Notes: a model not told the origin generated them from the sequence alone. A stretch of 61,282 bases of DNA from an archaeon (GCA_043797265.1 JAZDPV010000016.1:1-61282); one strand, 5' to 3'; shown: positions 25,558 through 34,789, counted from the first letter of the stretch. Numbers and translations are program-made.

Positions 25558-26307
25558 TTATAATGAGCAGATCCAGCCGCCGTCGACGACTATTTCGCTT
25601 CCGGTCATGTATGAAGAGGCGTCGGATGCAAGGAAAACTGCGGGGCCTGCGATGTCGACGGGCTTGCCTACTCTTTTAATTAAGAATTTGGATATCATTC
25701 CTTCGAGTGCTTTTTTGTCTTTTGTGAATGCGGTCGTCATTGGGGTGTCTATTAATCCTGGGTGAATTGAGTTGACTCTTATTCCCGAGGGGCCGACTTC
25801 TGCTGCGAGGGCTTTTGTAAATAATCTGATTCCACCTTTGCTTGCGCAGTATGCGGCTCCACCGGCGGAACCTTTTATTCCGGCTACGGAAGAAATGTTG
25901 ATTATCGAGGCACCTTTTTTCATATATTTTAATGCTGCCTGAGAACACAGGAATGGGCCTTTTAGATTTATATTCATTGTCTTGTCCCAATTTTCTTCTG
26001 GCAAATCTGAAGTATTTCCCGGGATGTAGATTCCTGCGTTGTTTACCAAGATGTCTATTTTTTTGAAAGTTTTTATTGTTTTGTTAATTAATTTTTCTAC
26101 TTCTGTTTTTTTGGAGATGTCTGTTTTTACATAGATTGCTTTTTGTTTTAGTTTTTTGATTTCGTTGATTGTTTCGTTTCCCGGGATGATGTCAGAGACG
26201 ACGATGTCCGCTCCGTTTCTTGCCAGCTCGACGGCGATGGATTGTCCGATGCCTCTTGCGGCGCCGGTTACAATTGCGACTTTATTTTTTAGACTGAACA
26301 TGTTCAC
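25558..26307 (-). CDS. SDR-family oxidoreductase (FabG/glucose dehydrogenase-like)
   Basis: 'VTGAARGIGQ', 'NNAG' and 'YCASKGG'. Confidence 0.85.
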   Translation of the reverse strand: MNMFSLKNKVAIVTGAARGIGQSIAVELARNGADIVVSDIIPGNETINEIKKLKQKAIYVKTDISKKTEVEKLINKTIKTFKKIDILVNNAGIYIPGNTSDLPEENWDKTMNINLKGPFLCSQAALKYMKKGASIINISSVAGIKGSAGGAAYCASKGGIRLFTKALAAEVGPSGIRVNSIHPGLIDTPMTTAFTKDKKALEGMISKFLIKRVGKPVDIAGPAVFLASDASSYMTGSEIVVDGGWICSL

Positions 26308-26386
26308 CTCTTTTGTGTTTGGGGGTTTGGTTATTTAAAAGTTTTGGTTTGAGAGAGTTTTTAAAGATTGGATTCTAATTATTTTT

Positions 26387-26491
26387 ATGAAAGTGGTGAG
26401 GCGGCCGTGGGGAGCGAGAATTTTTGATTCTCGAGGTTTCAGGTTTCAGGTTTCAGGTTTCAGGTGTTTGTTTACTTGGAGGTTTCGATGA
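26387..26491 (+). other. relic N-terminus / upstream ORF of the cupin gene
   Basis: The ATG lies 20 nt after a TATA-like GTTTTTAAAG. It encodes MKVVRRPWG..., compared with MKKIVRPWG for the real gene. The TGA stop overlaps the real ATG (ATGA). Confidence 0.5.
26433..26467 (+). repeat. heptamer array (CAGGTTT x5)
   Basis: GAGGTTT CAGGTTT x3 CAGGTGT, preceded by the hairpin CGAGAAT-TTTTG-ATTCTCG (26415..26433). Confidence 0.9.
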
Positions 26492-26850
26492 AAAAAATTG
26501 TGCGTCCGTGGGGAAATTTTTTGGAGTTTGTTAAGAATAGGGAGTGCACGGTGAAGATTTTGAGGGTAAGGGCTTTTGGAGAACTGAGTTTGCAGAAGCA
26601 TAATCGTCGTCGGGAAATGTGGTATTTTTTGAGTGACGGATGGGCGAGTTTCGCTAGAGGTCAGAAGTCAGAAGTCAGAACTCAGAAATTTAAGAAGGGG
26701 GACGTTCTCGAGATACCTAAAGGAAGTTTACATCGGTTGTTTTCAAAAGGCGGGCGAGTTGAGGTTTTGGAAATTTCGTTTGGGACTTTTGATGAGAGGG
26801 ACGAGGTGAGGTTGGAGGATAAGTATGGGAGAGTAGGGGGTAGATTGTAG
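26488..26850 (+). CDS. cupin-domain protein (mannose-6-phosphate isomerase type II C-terminal-like)
   Basis: 'VRPWGNF', 'LSLQKHNRRREMWY' and 'IPKGSLHRL'. Contains an in-frame heptamer insert. Confidence 0.65.
   Translation: MKKIVRPWGNFLEFVKNRECTVKILRVRAFGELSLQKHNRRREMWYFLSDGWASFARGQKSEVRTQKFKKGDVLEIPKGSLHRLFSKGGRVEVLEISFGTFDERDEVRLEDKYGRVGGRL
26655..26689 (+). repeat. in-frame heptamer array (CAGAAGT-type x5) inside the cupin gene
   Basis: TAGAGGT CAGAAGT CAGAAGT CAGAACT CAGAAAT. Encodes GQKSEVRTQK. Confidence 0.9.
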
Positions 26851-26868
26851 ATGGTAGATAGTAGGATT
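26834..26868 (+). repeat. TAG-heptamer array spanning the cupin stop and the ROK start
   Basis: TAGGGGG TAGATTG TAGATGG TAGATAG TAGGATT. The third TAG is the cupin stop codon. Confidence 0.85.
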
Positions 26869-27672
26869 GTGGCGATTGATTTGGGTGGGACGAATTTGCG
26901 GATTGGTATTGTCAGGAACAGGAAGATTTTGAAATATTGGAAGGAGAAAACGCCGAAGACAGCGTCGGAGATTAAGAAAAGAATTTTTGAGTTGATTGAA
27001 AGTTTTATGTCGGATGATGTTAGGGGGATTGCTGTCGCGTCGCCGGGGCCGTTGAAAGATGGGACGATTCGGAATCCGCCGAACTTGCCGTTGAGGAATT
27101 ATAATTTGAAGAAGGCGTTGGAGGATAGGTTTGGGGTTCCGGCGGTTGTGAAGAATGACGCGGATTGTGTTGCGTTTGCGGAGTTGGAGCTCGGGCACAA
27201 GAAGAAGAATTTTATTTTGTTGACGCTGGGGACGGGGATTGGCGGCGGTGTGATTATCGACGGGAAACTTTATCGTGGTTGTGGTTATGCCGGGGAGCTT
27301 GGTTATATTATTCTTGATGATGGTAAGTATTTTGAGAATTTGGCGGCGTCGAAGAGGTTGCAGGTTGTGACGAGGAAAATTTTTGGCGAGGTGAAGTTGT
27401 TTCATGAGCTGATGAAGATGAGGGATGTGCGGGCGAAAAGAATTTTGGGTGAGTTCATGGAGTATTATGGGCAGGGGATAGCGTCGCTGATTCATTGTTT
27501 TGACCCGGAGATTGTTGTTTTGGCTGGCGGAGTTTCCGAATGCGGGGAAGGGTTTTTGAGAATGGTTCGGAAGAGTGTTTTGAAATATAACAAGTTGCCG
27601 AAGAGGACGCCGATTGTGTGGACTAAGTTGAAGCATCCGGGAGTGCTTGGTGCTTCGCTTTATTTTGAATGA
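26851..27672 (+). CDS. ROK-family sugar kinase (glucokinase-like)
   Basis: 'VAIDLGGTNLRIG', 'ENDADCVAFAE'-like segment and 'GYAGELGY'. Confidence 0.8.
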   Translation: MVDSRIVAIDLGGTNLRIGIVRNRKILKYWKEKTPKTASEIKKRIFELIESFMSDDVRGIAVASPGPLKDGTIRNPPNLPLRNYNLKKALEDRFGVPAVVKNDADCVAFAELELGHKKKNFILLTLGTGIGGGVIIDGKLYRGCGYAGELGYIILDDGKYFENLAASKRLQVVTRKIFGEVKLFHELMKMRDVRAKRILGEFMEYYGQGIASLIHCFDPEIVVLAGGVSECGEGFLRMVRKSVLKYNKLPKRTPIVWTKLKHPGVLGASLYFE

Positions 27673-27688
27673 GCGCCAAGTAGGGGGT

Positions 27689-27784
27689 AATCGCTTCGCG
27701 ATTGGGGATATTTTTGCTTTGCAAAAATGGGGGTACAAAAAATCGAAGATTTTTTGTGGTGATATGAAAATCTTTGATTTTCAT
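27689..27784 (+). other. four consecutive perfect hairpins with 3-nt loops
   Basis: AATCGC-TTC-GCGATT; TTTTTGC-TTT-GCAAAAA; CAAAAAATC-GAA-GATTTTTTG; ATGAAAATC-TTT-GATTTTCAT. Confidence 0.85.
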
Positions 27785-27797
27785 GGGCGTTGGAGGA

Positions 27798-28166
27798 ATG
27801 ATGTGGAATTATAAAAATTTGGAAGTTTGGAAGAGGGCACATGAGTTGATGAAGAATGTGTATAAAGTTATTGATGCGTTTCCTGAGAAGGAGAGGTATA
27901 ATGCGGTTTTCCAGATTAGGAAAGCGGTTTTTAGTGTTCCGAGCAATATTGTTGAGGGTTCGGGAAAGGATACTAATAAAGATTTTGCTCATTATTTGGA
28001 TAATGCGATTGGGAGTTTGAAGGAAGTTGAGTATCAGATTTTTGCGTCATGGGAGTTGGGTTATGTTGGCGAAGAGAAATATAAAGAGTTAAAAAAGGAG
28101 ATGACTATATTTGGGATGAAATTGAGGGCTTATCGGAGGTTTATTGGAGGAGGTGAGAAAAAATGA
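27798..28166 (+). CDS. four-helix-bundle protein (TIGR02436 family, formerly '23S rRNA intervening sequence protein')
   Basis: 'YKNLEVWKRAHELMKNVYKV', 'RKAVFSVPSNIVEGSG' and 'AIGSLKEVEYQI'. GGAGGA lies before the ATG. Stop is ATGA-overlapped with the next gene. Confidence 0.8.
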   Translation: MMWNYKNLEVWKRAHELMKNVYKVIDAFPEKERYNAVFQIRKAVFSVPSNIVEGSGKDTNKDFAHYLDNAIGSLKEVEYQIFASWELGYVGEEKYKELKKEMTIFGMKLRAYRRFIGGGEKK

Positions 28167-29008
28167 AAAAAACTAAGAGGGTTCGCGCTCCGGTGAGGGT
28201 TGATTTTGGCGGAGGGACGACGGACATCGAGCCGTTTTATTCGAAGTATGGCGGGGCGGTTTTGAATTGCGCGATTAGTAAATATGTTGTCGGCGAGATT
28301 TTTTCGAGTGATAAAAAAACTGGATTGAGTTATGGCGGTGACATCCCGACTTCTTCTGGGCTTGGAACTTCTGGCGCGATGACTTTGGTTTGGCTGGCGT
28401 TAATTACCGACGAGAAAGATAGGAGAAAATTGTGTGAATGGGTTTGGAATGTTTCGCAGGCGAGAGAACTTTTTGCCGACGGAAAACAGGACCAGTATGC
28501 GGCGGCGTTTGGCGGGATTAATTTTTTTGAGTTTGACAAGAAGGGGCGGGTGAAGATTGAGAGGTTGAATTTGAAGAAGTCGGTGATTAAGGAGTTGGAA
28601 GATAATCTTGTTTTGGTTTATAGTGGGAAGCCGCATTATTCTGGTGATGGTAACGGCGCGGCGATTGAAAATTTGAAGAGGGGTAAGAATGTCGGGAATT
28701 TATTAGCGATAAAGAAAATTGCTTATGAAATGAGGGCGGCTTTGTTGCGGGGGGATTTGGATGAATTTGTGAATTTGATGAATCGCGAGACGGAGCAGAG
28801 AGGGATGTTGGATGAGATTACAATTCCGTCGAGGATTCGGAAGTTGATTAATGATGGGATGATGAATGGAGCGCGGGCGGCGAAAGTTTGCGGGTCTGGC
28901 GGCGGCGGGAGTGTTTTGTTTTTTGGGGATAAGAAAAAGTTGGAGAGAAAGTTTGGCTCGAGAGTTATTGATTTTAAATTTGATTTTGGCGGGATGAGAT
29001 GGGATTAG
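28163..29008 (+). CDS. GHMP-family sugar kinase (HddA/fucokinase-like)
   Basis: 'RAPVRVDFGGGTTD' and 'PTSSGLGTSGA'. Confidence 0.7.
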   Translation: MKKTKRVRAPVRVDFGGGTTDIEPFYSKYGGAVLNCAISKYVVGEIFSSDKKTGLSYGGDIPTSSGLGTSGAMTLVWLALITDEKDRRKLCEWVWNVSQARELFADGKQDQYAAAFGGINFFEFDKKGRVKIERLNLKKSVIKELEDNLVLVYSGKPHYSGDGNGAAIENLKRGKNVGNLLAIKKIAYEMRAALLRGDLDEFVNLMNRETEQRGMLDEITIPSRIRKLINDGMMNGARAAKVCGSGGGGSVLFFGDKKKLERKFGSRVIDFKFDFGGMRWD

Positions 29009-30021
29009 AGATAAAGAGGGAGCTTTTTATGGAATCTTCTGGGAATGATTGGGAGGCGCGGGCGATTTTAAATCCGAGTGTTTTGAGAGAGAAGGGTGTT
29101 GAGCATATGTTTTATCGGGCTGTTGCGAAGAATAAAATTTCGAGCGTGGGTTATGCGCGGATTATTAAGGGCGAGGTTGAAAGGTTTGATGAGCCGGTGC
29201 TTTTTCCGACGAGGGATTATGAAAAGAAGGGGATTGAAGATTCGAGGGTGACGAAGGTTGGGAGTAATTATTATTTATTGTATACGGCTTTTGATGGGAA
29301 AGATGCGCGAGTTGCTTATGCTGTTTCGAAGGATTTGAAGAGGTGGAAGAAGAAGGGGATTATTAGTCCGGGTATTCTTGTGAGCGATGCGAGAAAGCTG
29401 GTGAAGATAAAAAAGTATCGGGATAATTGGAAGTTGTATCAGAATTCTCACGGGAACAGTGTGTTGTTGTGGGACAAGGACGCGGTTTTGTTTCCCGAAA
29501 AGATTGACGGACATTTCGTGATGCTTCATCGATTTTTGCCGGATATTCAGATTGTGAAGTTCAAGAGTTTTTCGAAGTTGAAGGACGATGATTTTTGGAG
29601 GGATTATATTTCTAATTTGAGCGAGGCGGAGGACAAGGTTTCGTTGTATCGAAGGTATAATTGGGAGGGCGAGCATATCGGGGCGGGGGCGGTTCCGATA
29701 AAGACGAAGAGGGGCTGGCTTTTGATTTATCACGGGGTTGAGTTGCGCAAGAATATTTTGACTGGTTTGCCGGATAGAATTTATCATACGGGGGCTGCGT
29801 TGCTGGATTTGAAAAAGCCGGAGACCGAGATTACGAGATTAGAGGAGCCGTTGTTTTCGCCGAAATATAAATGGGAGAAGAGCGGGGACATGAATAATGT
29901 TGTTTTTCCCGAGGGGGCGGTTGTCGAGGGTGATAAGTTGAAAATTTATTATGGGTGTTCGGATTCGAGGATTGGATTAGCGACGATGAGTTTCAAGAAG
30001 TTGATGAAAGAGTTTAAATGA
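28999..30021 (+). CDS. GH130-family glycoside phosphorylase/hydrolase (DUF377-type)
   Basis: 'WEARAILNPSV', 'MFYRAV', 'SVGYA', 'GIEDSRVT' and 'LYTAFDG'. Confidence 0.7.
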   Translation: MGLEIKRELFMESSGNDWEARAILNPSVLREKGVEHMFYRAVAKNKISSVGYARIIKGEVERFDEPVLFPTRDYEKKGIEDSRVTKVGSNYYLLYTAFDGKDARVAYAVSKDLKRWKKKGIISPGILVSDARKLVKIKKYRDNWKLYQNSHGNSVLLWDKDAVLFPEKIDGHFVMLHRFLPDIQIVKFKSFSKLKDDDFWRDYISNLSEAEDKVSLYRRYNWEGEHIGAGAVPIKTKRGWLLIYHGVELRKNILTGLPDRIYHTGAALLDLKKPETEITRLEEPLFSPKYKWEKSGDMNNVVFPEGAVVEGDKLKIYYGCSDSRIGLATMSFKKLMKEFK

Positions 30022-32266
30022 TTTTTGAAAATTTTCTGGATTCTTCGATGAATAATCTTGCGGTCAAATAGGAGAGTGTGGATTCGGCGCCTTGGTTCAG
30101 GTTTAGGGCGTGTTCGCCGACGCCGTCGAAGCAGCCGCCTGTTGTTTCGTCGTAGACAATTTGGTTGAGGTGATTTTTTCCGAAGAACCAGTTGAAGGAG
30201 AAAATTGCTTTGTCATAATATTTTTTATTATTTGTTATCGAGTGGGCTGTCAGGAATGTGTGGACGAGTGACGATGCGTCGACTGGTTGTTGGTCGAAAA
30301 ATGCTCTTTTGCCGTTTTTTTTGCACCAGCCGTTTTGTCCGATTAGGCATAATTTGTCGTCGATAAAAATTAGTTCTGATAAAAATTTTAGGGATTTTTC
30401 GGCGATTTCGAGATATTCTTGATTTTTTGTCGTTTCATATGCGAGGTAGAGTGCTTCCGGCAGTTTTGAGTTTGAGTATGACAGGACTTCTTCGAACCAG
30501 TGCCAATCTTCCGCGCATACTTTTTTGTAGCATTTGGTCAGGTAGTCTGCGAGTTTTTTTATCTGGGCTATTGTTTCATCTTTTGGGATTTTTTTGTTGT
30601 AGTGGTATAGACCGATTATCGAGAAGGCGACGGCTCTCGGGGATTTTATTTTTTCCAAAGAGTTCAGGGATTTTTTCAGGAGGGTTTCTGCTTTTTGGAT
30701 TTGGTTTGGATTTTCTGATTTATTGATGGTGTATCCCAGCGCCCAGATTGCTCTTCCGAAGGCGTCTTCGCTTTTGTCGTTTATTATTTTGTCGTTGTTT
30801 ATTATGTTGTTGAACCAGCCGTTTTCTTGTTGACAGTATTCTATGAATTTGAGATATGTGTTTGAGAGGGTCGAGGAGATTTCCGAGTTGAAGATTTTGT
30901 TGTGGAGGGTTGTTGCTATCAGCGCGCGCGAGTTGTCGTCGAGGGTGTATCCGGAGTTGATGTCGGGGGCCGTGTTGTTTGCGAATTGTATTATGCCGAA
31001 GTCGTTTGTCATGTTCTTGACGTGGTCTAGTTTTATTTCCGGGAATTCGTTTATTATTTCGTCTTTTAGCTTCAGGGCCTTGTTGAATGCTTTGAGATAA
31101 TTGATTGCGACGTTTGGCCATGTCATTGATCTTGAAAATGCGTAGGCGCTTCTTTCGGTTGTTTTTCTTAGTTCTGGGTTTGAGAGTATGTAATCTATTT
31201 TTTGGGCGAATGATTCCGAATTTTTTTCTTTGACTATGAAACCCCTGCTTTCGGAGAGGAGTTCTTTTGCGTATATAATTGGAGTTGATACGACTGTTCT
31301 GCCGCAGCCCATCGCGTAAGAGAGGGTTCCGCTTACTATCTGATTTTTGTCCAAGTTTGTGAAGATGTAGATATCCGTCGCTAAAAGACATTCTATTATT
31401 TCTTGTATTGTTAAATATTTGTTGTAGAATTTTACGTTGTTTTTTAGGCCGAGGTCTTTGATTTCCTGCATGAGTTCTTTTCGATATTTTTCGCCTTCTT
31501 CTTTTCTTATGACGGGATGAGTTTCTCCTATTATTAGATATAGGATGTTTGGGTATTTTTTGACGAGAGCGGGAAGGGCGCGAATCATATATTCTATTCC
31601 TTTTCCTTTGCTTAGCAGCCCGAATGTCGAGAGGACGATTTTGTTTTCGAGATTTAGTTTTTTCTTGGATTCTTCCTGTGAGACGAAGGGGACGCTCGGG
31701 ATTCCGTGCGGGATGAAGAATAATTTATTTTCTTCGATTTCGTAATCGTTTTTTAAAATTTCTATGGCTTTTTTTGCCATGACTATTACGACTGAACTTT
31801 TTTTGCACAGAGATTTCACAATTCTTTTTCTTGCTTTGTCTGGGTTTGGGAGGACTGAGTGGAAAGTTACGACGACGGGTTTTTCTATCAGTTCTAGAAA
31901 CGGGATGAGATGGTTGCCGTATTCGCCGCCGAAAATTCCGAATTCGTGCTGGATGCAAATTAGTTTTATTTCTTTTGACTGATTGATTTCTTTCGCCTTG
32001 TCGATGTAGTCGTCTATGTCGTCTTTGTTTATTTCCATTATGACATTTTTTTTGTAGTTGTAGAAATGGGCGTCGTCGTTCAGGGCGATGATTTGTGATT
32101 TTAATTTTGGGTTGAATTTTTTGTTCATTGCCGACGACAAATCTTGCGTGAAGGTTGCTATTCCACATTCCTTTGGTGGGAAGGTGCTTAGAAAACAGAT
32201 TTTTGAATTTTCGGAGATTTGGTCTTCGTTTACTTCTTCGTTGTCTACCGCCTCTTCCATCAGCAT
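30014..32266 (-). CDS. fusion of GT4 glycosyltransferase (N-terminal) and an (alpha/alpha)-toroid domain (C-terminal)
   Basis: N-terminal ~400 aa is GT4-like ('CGIATFTQDL', 'GETHP'). C-terminal ~330 aa is a six-hairpin-like repeat region ('NGWFNN', 'GQNGW'). Confidence 0.65.
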   Translation of the reverse strand: MLMEEAVDNEEVNEDQISENSKICFLSTFPPKECGIATFTQDLSSAMNKKFNPKLKSQIIALNDDAHFYNYKKNVIMEINKDDIDDYIDKAKEINQSKEIKLICIQHEFGIFGGEYGNHLIPFLELIEKPVVVTFHSVLPNPDKARKRIVKSLCKKSSVVIVMAKKAIEILKNDYEIEENKLFFIPHGIPSVPFVSQEESKKKLNLENKIVLSTFGLLSKGKGIEYMIRALPALVKKYPNILYLIIGETHPVIRKEEGEKYRKELMQEIKDLGLKNNVKFYNKYLTIQEIIECLLATDIYIFTNLDKNQIVSGTLSYAMGCGRTVVSTPIIYAKELLSESRGFIVKEKNSESFAQKIDYILSNPELRKTTERSAYAFSRSMTWPNVAINYLKAFNKALKLKDEIINEFPEIKLDHVKNMTNDFGIIQFANNTAPDINSGYTLDDNSRALIATTLHNKIFNSEISSTLSNTYLKFIEYCQQENGWFNNIINNDKIINDKSEDAFGRAIWALGYTINKSENPNQIQKAETLLKKSLNSLEKIKSPRAVAFSIIGLYHYNKKIPKDETIAQIKKLADYLTKCYKKVCAEDWHWFEEVLSYSNSKLPEALYLAYETTKNQEYLEIAEKSLKFLSELIFIDDKLCLIGQNGWCKKNGKRAFFDQQPVDASSLVHTFLTAHSITNNKKYYDKAIFSFNWFFGKNHLNQIVYDETTGGCFDGVGEHALNLNQGAESTLSYLTARLFIEESRKFSKII

Positions 32267-32405
32267 TTAGATTTCTGATGTTTATAAGTTTTATTAGGAT
32301 TTTGTTTTTTATGGTGCATAGTTTTTTAAACTGATAAAAACTTTTATAATGAATATTATTGAAGATTTATTTTTCTCTAATATGATTTAATGAAAGGAGA
32401 AAAAT

Positions 32406-32612
32406 ATGGAAAGAAAATTCGACAATAAGAGAAACAGCTTTGGAAGAGGCAATTTCAAAGGAAGAAGTAATTTTGGAAGAAGTAATTTTGGTGGCCCGAG
32501 AGAAATGCATAAGGCGATTTGCGCGAAGTGCAAGAAAGAATGTGAAGTGCCGTTCAAGCCGACCGAAGGAAGAGATGTTTTTTGCAAGGATTGTTTTGTA
32601 AAGAGAGAATAA
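32406..32612 (+). CDS. CxxC-x17-CxxC zinc-ribbon protein with an RG/FG-rich N-terminus
   Basis: 'CAKCKKECEVPFKPTEGRDVFCKDC'. AAGGAG ribosome-binding site. Confidence 0.7.
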   Translation: MERKFDNKRNSFGRGNFKGRSNFGRSNFGGPREMHKAICAKCKKECEVPFKPTEGRDVFCKDCFVKRE

Positions 32613-32649
32613 CTTCTAACGAAGTTTTAATTTTTATTTTTTGGATGGA

Positions 32650-32721
32650 CGCCCCAACCGGGAGTTGAACCCGGGTCTTGGCCGCGACAGGGCCACGTAC
32701 TAACCGCTATACTATTGAGGC
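32650..32721 (-). tRNA. tRNA-Asp (GUC)
   Basis: Reverse complement folds as GCCTCAA-TA-GTAT..GTAC-G-TGGCC-CTGTCGC-GGCCA-AGAC-CCGGG-TTCAACT-CCCGG-TTGGGGC-G. Confidence 0.9.
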
Positions 32722-32752
32722 TGGATATTAATTGAGGAATTGGTTTAAAAGA

Positions 32753-32968
32753 TTATTGTTTCTTTTTCTTGGTTGTTTTGTGGTTTGGTTTTGTGGTTTG
32801 GTTTTTGAGTTTCGTGATTTCTTCGAGGAGCATTGCGTGGTTCAAAGAGAGGTGCTGGATTTTGTCGTTGAGGTCTGAGAATGCGTCGTTGAGCATCAGT
32901 ATATCTTTTTTAACACTTGCGAAACTTGCTGAAACATTTTTTTCGATTTGGTTTGTTGTTTTTTTCAT
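32753..32968 (-). CDS. small coiled-coil protein
   Basis: 71 aa. The C-terminus (TTKPNHKTTKKKKQ) is encoded by a 13-mer repeat (GGTTTGGTTTTGT on the + strand). Confidence 0.45.
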   Translation of the reverse strand: MKKTTNQIEKNVSASFASVKKDILMLNDAFSDLNDKIQHLSLNHAMLLEEITKLKNQTTKPNHKTTKKKKQ

Positions 32969-33064
32969 AATTTTTTATGATTTTGATATTTATAAACTTT
33001 TGTAACTTTATAATTAAGACAGGTTGGTAGTTAGATTTATATGATGTTTTTGTGTTTTGATTTT

Positions 33065-34240
33065 ATGAAGTGCGAGTTGCTTGCGCCGGTTGGGGATTTT
33101 CGTAGTTTGAGGGCGGCTGTTGATGCGGGGGCGGATGCGGTTTATTTTGGGATTAAGGGTTTTAATATGAGGGATGCGGCGAGGAATTTTGAGTTGAAGG
33201 ATTTGAAAAAGATTCGGAAGATTTGCGGGGGCGTCAAGATGTATTTGACTTTGAATGTTGTGGTTTACGACGGAGAATTGGCGAGAGTTGAGAAGATTGT
33301 TAAGGGTGTTAAAAATTATATTGATGCGATTATCTGCTGGGATTTTGGCGTGATTGAACTTTGCCGGAAGCATAAAGTTCCTTTTCATGTTTCTACTCAG
33401 GCGTCGGTTTCGAATTTGTCGGCGGCGAGGTTTTATAAAAATCTGGGGGCGAAGAGAGTTGTTTTGGCGAGGGAGTTGAGTTTGAAACAGATTAAGAAGA
33501 TTGCGAAGATTATTGATGTGGAGTGTTTTTGTCACGGGGCGATGTGTGTCGCGGTTTCGGGGCGGTGTTTCATGTCGCAGTTTAGTTATGGGTTGTCGGC
33601 GAATCGCGGGCAGTGCGCGCAGCTTTGTCGTCGGAGTTGGGACTTGATTGATGATGACGGGAAGAGATTAAAGTTGGAAAATTCGCGAGTGATGTCGGCG
33701 AAGGATTTGTGCGCGTTGCCATTTATTGAGGAGATGAAGAGGGCGGGGGTTAAAGCGTTCAAGATTGAGGGGCGGAATAGAAGTCCTGAATATGTTAGTG
33801 TTGTCGTCGGTGAATATCGGAAAGCGTTGGATGCCAGATGCAAGATGTCAGATGTTAGAATTCAGGAAGCGGTCGAGAGGTTGAAAAGAGTTTATAATCG
33901 CGGGTTTAGTTCGGGGTTTTATTTTGGCGTGCCGACGGCGGACGATTTTTCATGGAGTGAGAACGGGGAGCAGAGCGAGAGGAAAGAGTTTGTCGGGAAG
34001 GTGTATAAATTTTGGCCGAAGGTTGGCGCGTGTTCGGTTAAGATGAGTGCGGGGCGATTGAAAGTTGGGGATGAAGTTTATTTGATTGGCGACGATGTCG
34101 GGGCCGAGCGGGTTGTTGTCAAGAGTATTGAGCTCGACGGGAAAGGGATTGGCGTCGCGAAGAAGGGGCAGGATGTTGGCGTTGATTTTGGAGTTAAGGT
34201 TGGGAGAGGTTGTGAGGTTTATTTGATTTTGAGAAAATGA
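33065..34240 (+). CDS. peptidase U32 family protein
   Basis: 'ELLAPVGDFRSLRAAVDAGADAVYFG', 'ARELS' and 'FCHGAMCVAVSGRC'. Confidence 0.8.
   Translation: MKCELLAPVGDFRSLRAAVDAGADAVYFGIKGFNMRDAARNFELKDLKKIRKICGGVKMYLTLNVVVYDGELARVEKIVKGVKNYIDAIICWDFGVIELCRKHKVPFHVSTQASVSNLSAARFYKNLGAKRVVLARELSLKQIKKIAKIIDVECFCHGAMCVAVSGRCFMSQFSYGLSANRGQCAQLCRRSWDLIDDDGKRLKLENSRVMSAKDLCALPFIEEMKRAGVKAFKIEGRNRSPEYVSVVVGEYRKALDARCKMSDVRIQEAVERLKRVYNRGFSSGFYFGVPTADDFSWSENGEQSERKEFVGKVYKFWPKVGACSVKMSAGRLKVGDEVYLIGDDVGAERVVVKSIELDGKGIGVAKKGQDVGVDFGVKVGRGCEVYLILRK
33837..33878 (+). repeat. degenerate in-frame heptamer array (NCAGATG-type x6) inside the U32 gene
   Basis: TTGGATG CCAGATG CAAGATG TCAGATG TTAGAAT TCAGGAA. 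Encodes LDARCKMSDVRIQE. Confidence 0.65.
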
Positions 34241-34739
34241 TTTTGTTGAAAATTTGGATTGCGATGATTAGAATTATTAAGCCGAGGATGAGGCCGGCGA
34301 GGATGTCTGTGAGCCAATGGACTCTGAGGTAAATTCTTGAGAGAACGACGGCGAAGATGATTAGTACTGTTGCGATTTTTGTTTTGGCTGAATTGTTTTT
34401 TGTGAATATGTATATGATTAGCCCCAAAAATACGACGGACGTTGTGACGTGGCCGCTCGGGAATGAGAAGCCGGTTGCTGTGATTATTGGATTTGGCGGG
34501 CGGGCGACTTGAAGAATGTTTTTTAGTATTTCGATTATTGCGGCTGTGATTAGAATTGTTGATGCGAGGAGTATGCTTTGTTTTTTTTGGGATTTGGCTG
34601 CGAGGTAGATTGATGTTGCGATGGCGATTATGGTGAGTGTTATTGGGTCGAAGATTAGGGATATGATTTTTGCGAAGATGGTTATTGTGGGATTTTGGAT
34701 TTGTTGGATTAGGTTTAGTGTTGTTGTGTCGAGTGTCAT
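34194..34739 (-). CDS. PAP2-family phosphatase (undecaprenyl-diphosphatase-like)
   Basis: 'KNILQVARPP', 'FPSGH' and 'SRIYLRVHWLTD'. Multi-TM. Confidence 0.8.
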   Translation of the reverse strand: MTLDTTTLNLIQQIQNPTITIFAKIISLIFDPITLTIIAIATSIYLAAKSQKKQSILLASTILITAAIIEILKNILQVARPPNPIITATGFSFPSGHVTTSVVFLGLIIYIFTKNNSAKTKIATVLIIFAVVLSRIYLRVHWLTDILAGLILGLIILIIAIQIFNKIIFSKSNKPHNLSQP

Positions 34740-34789
34740 GTTTGTATTTGGATGGAATATTTTATAAAGTTTGGGTTGGTTTGATTTTC

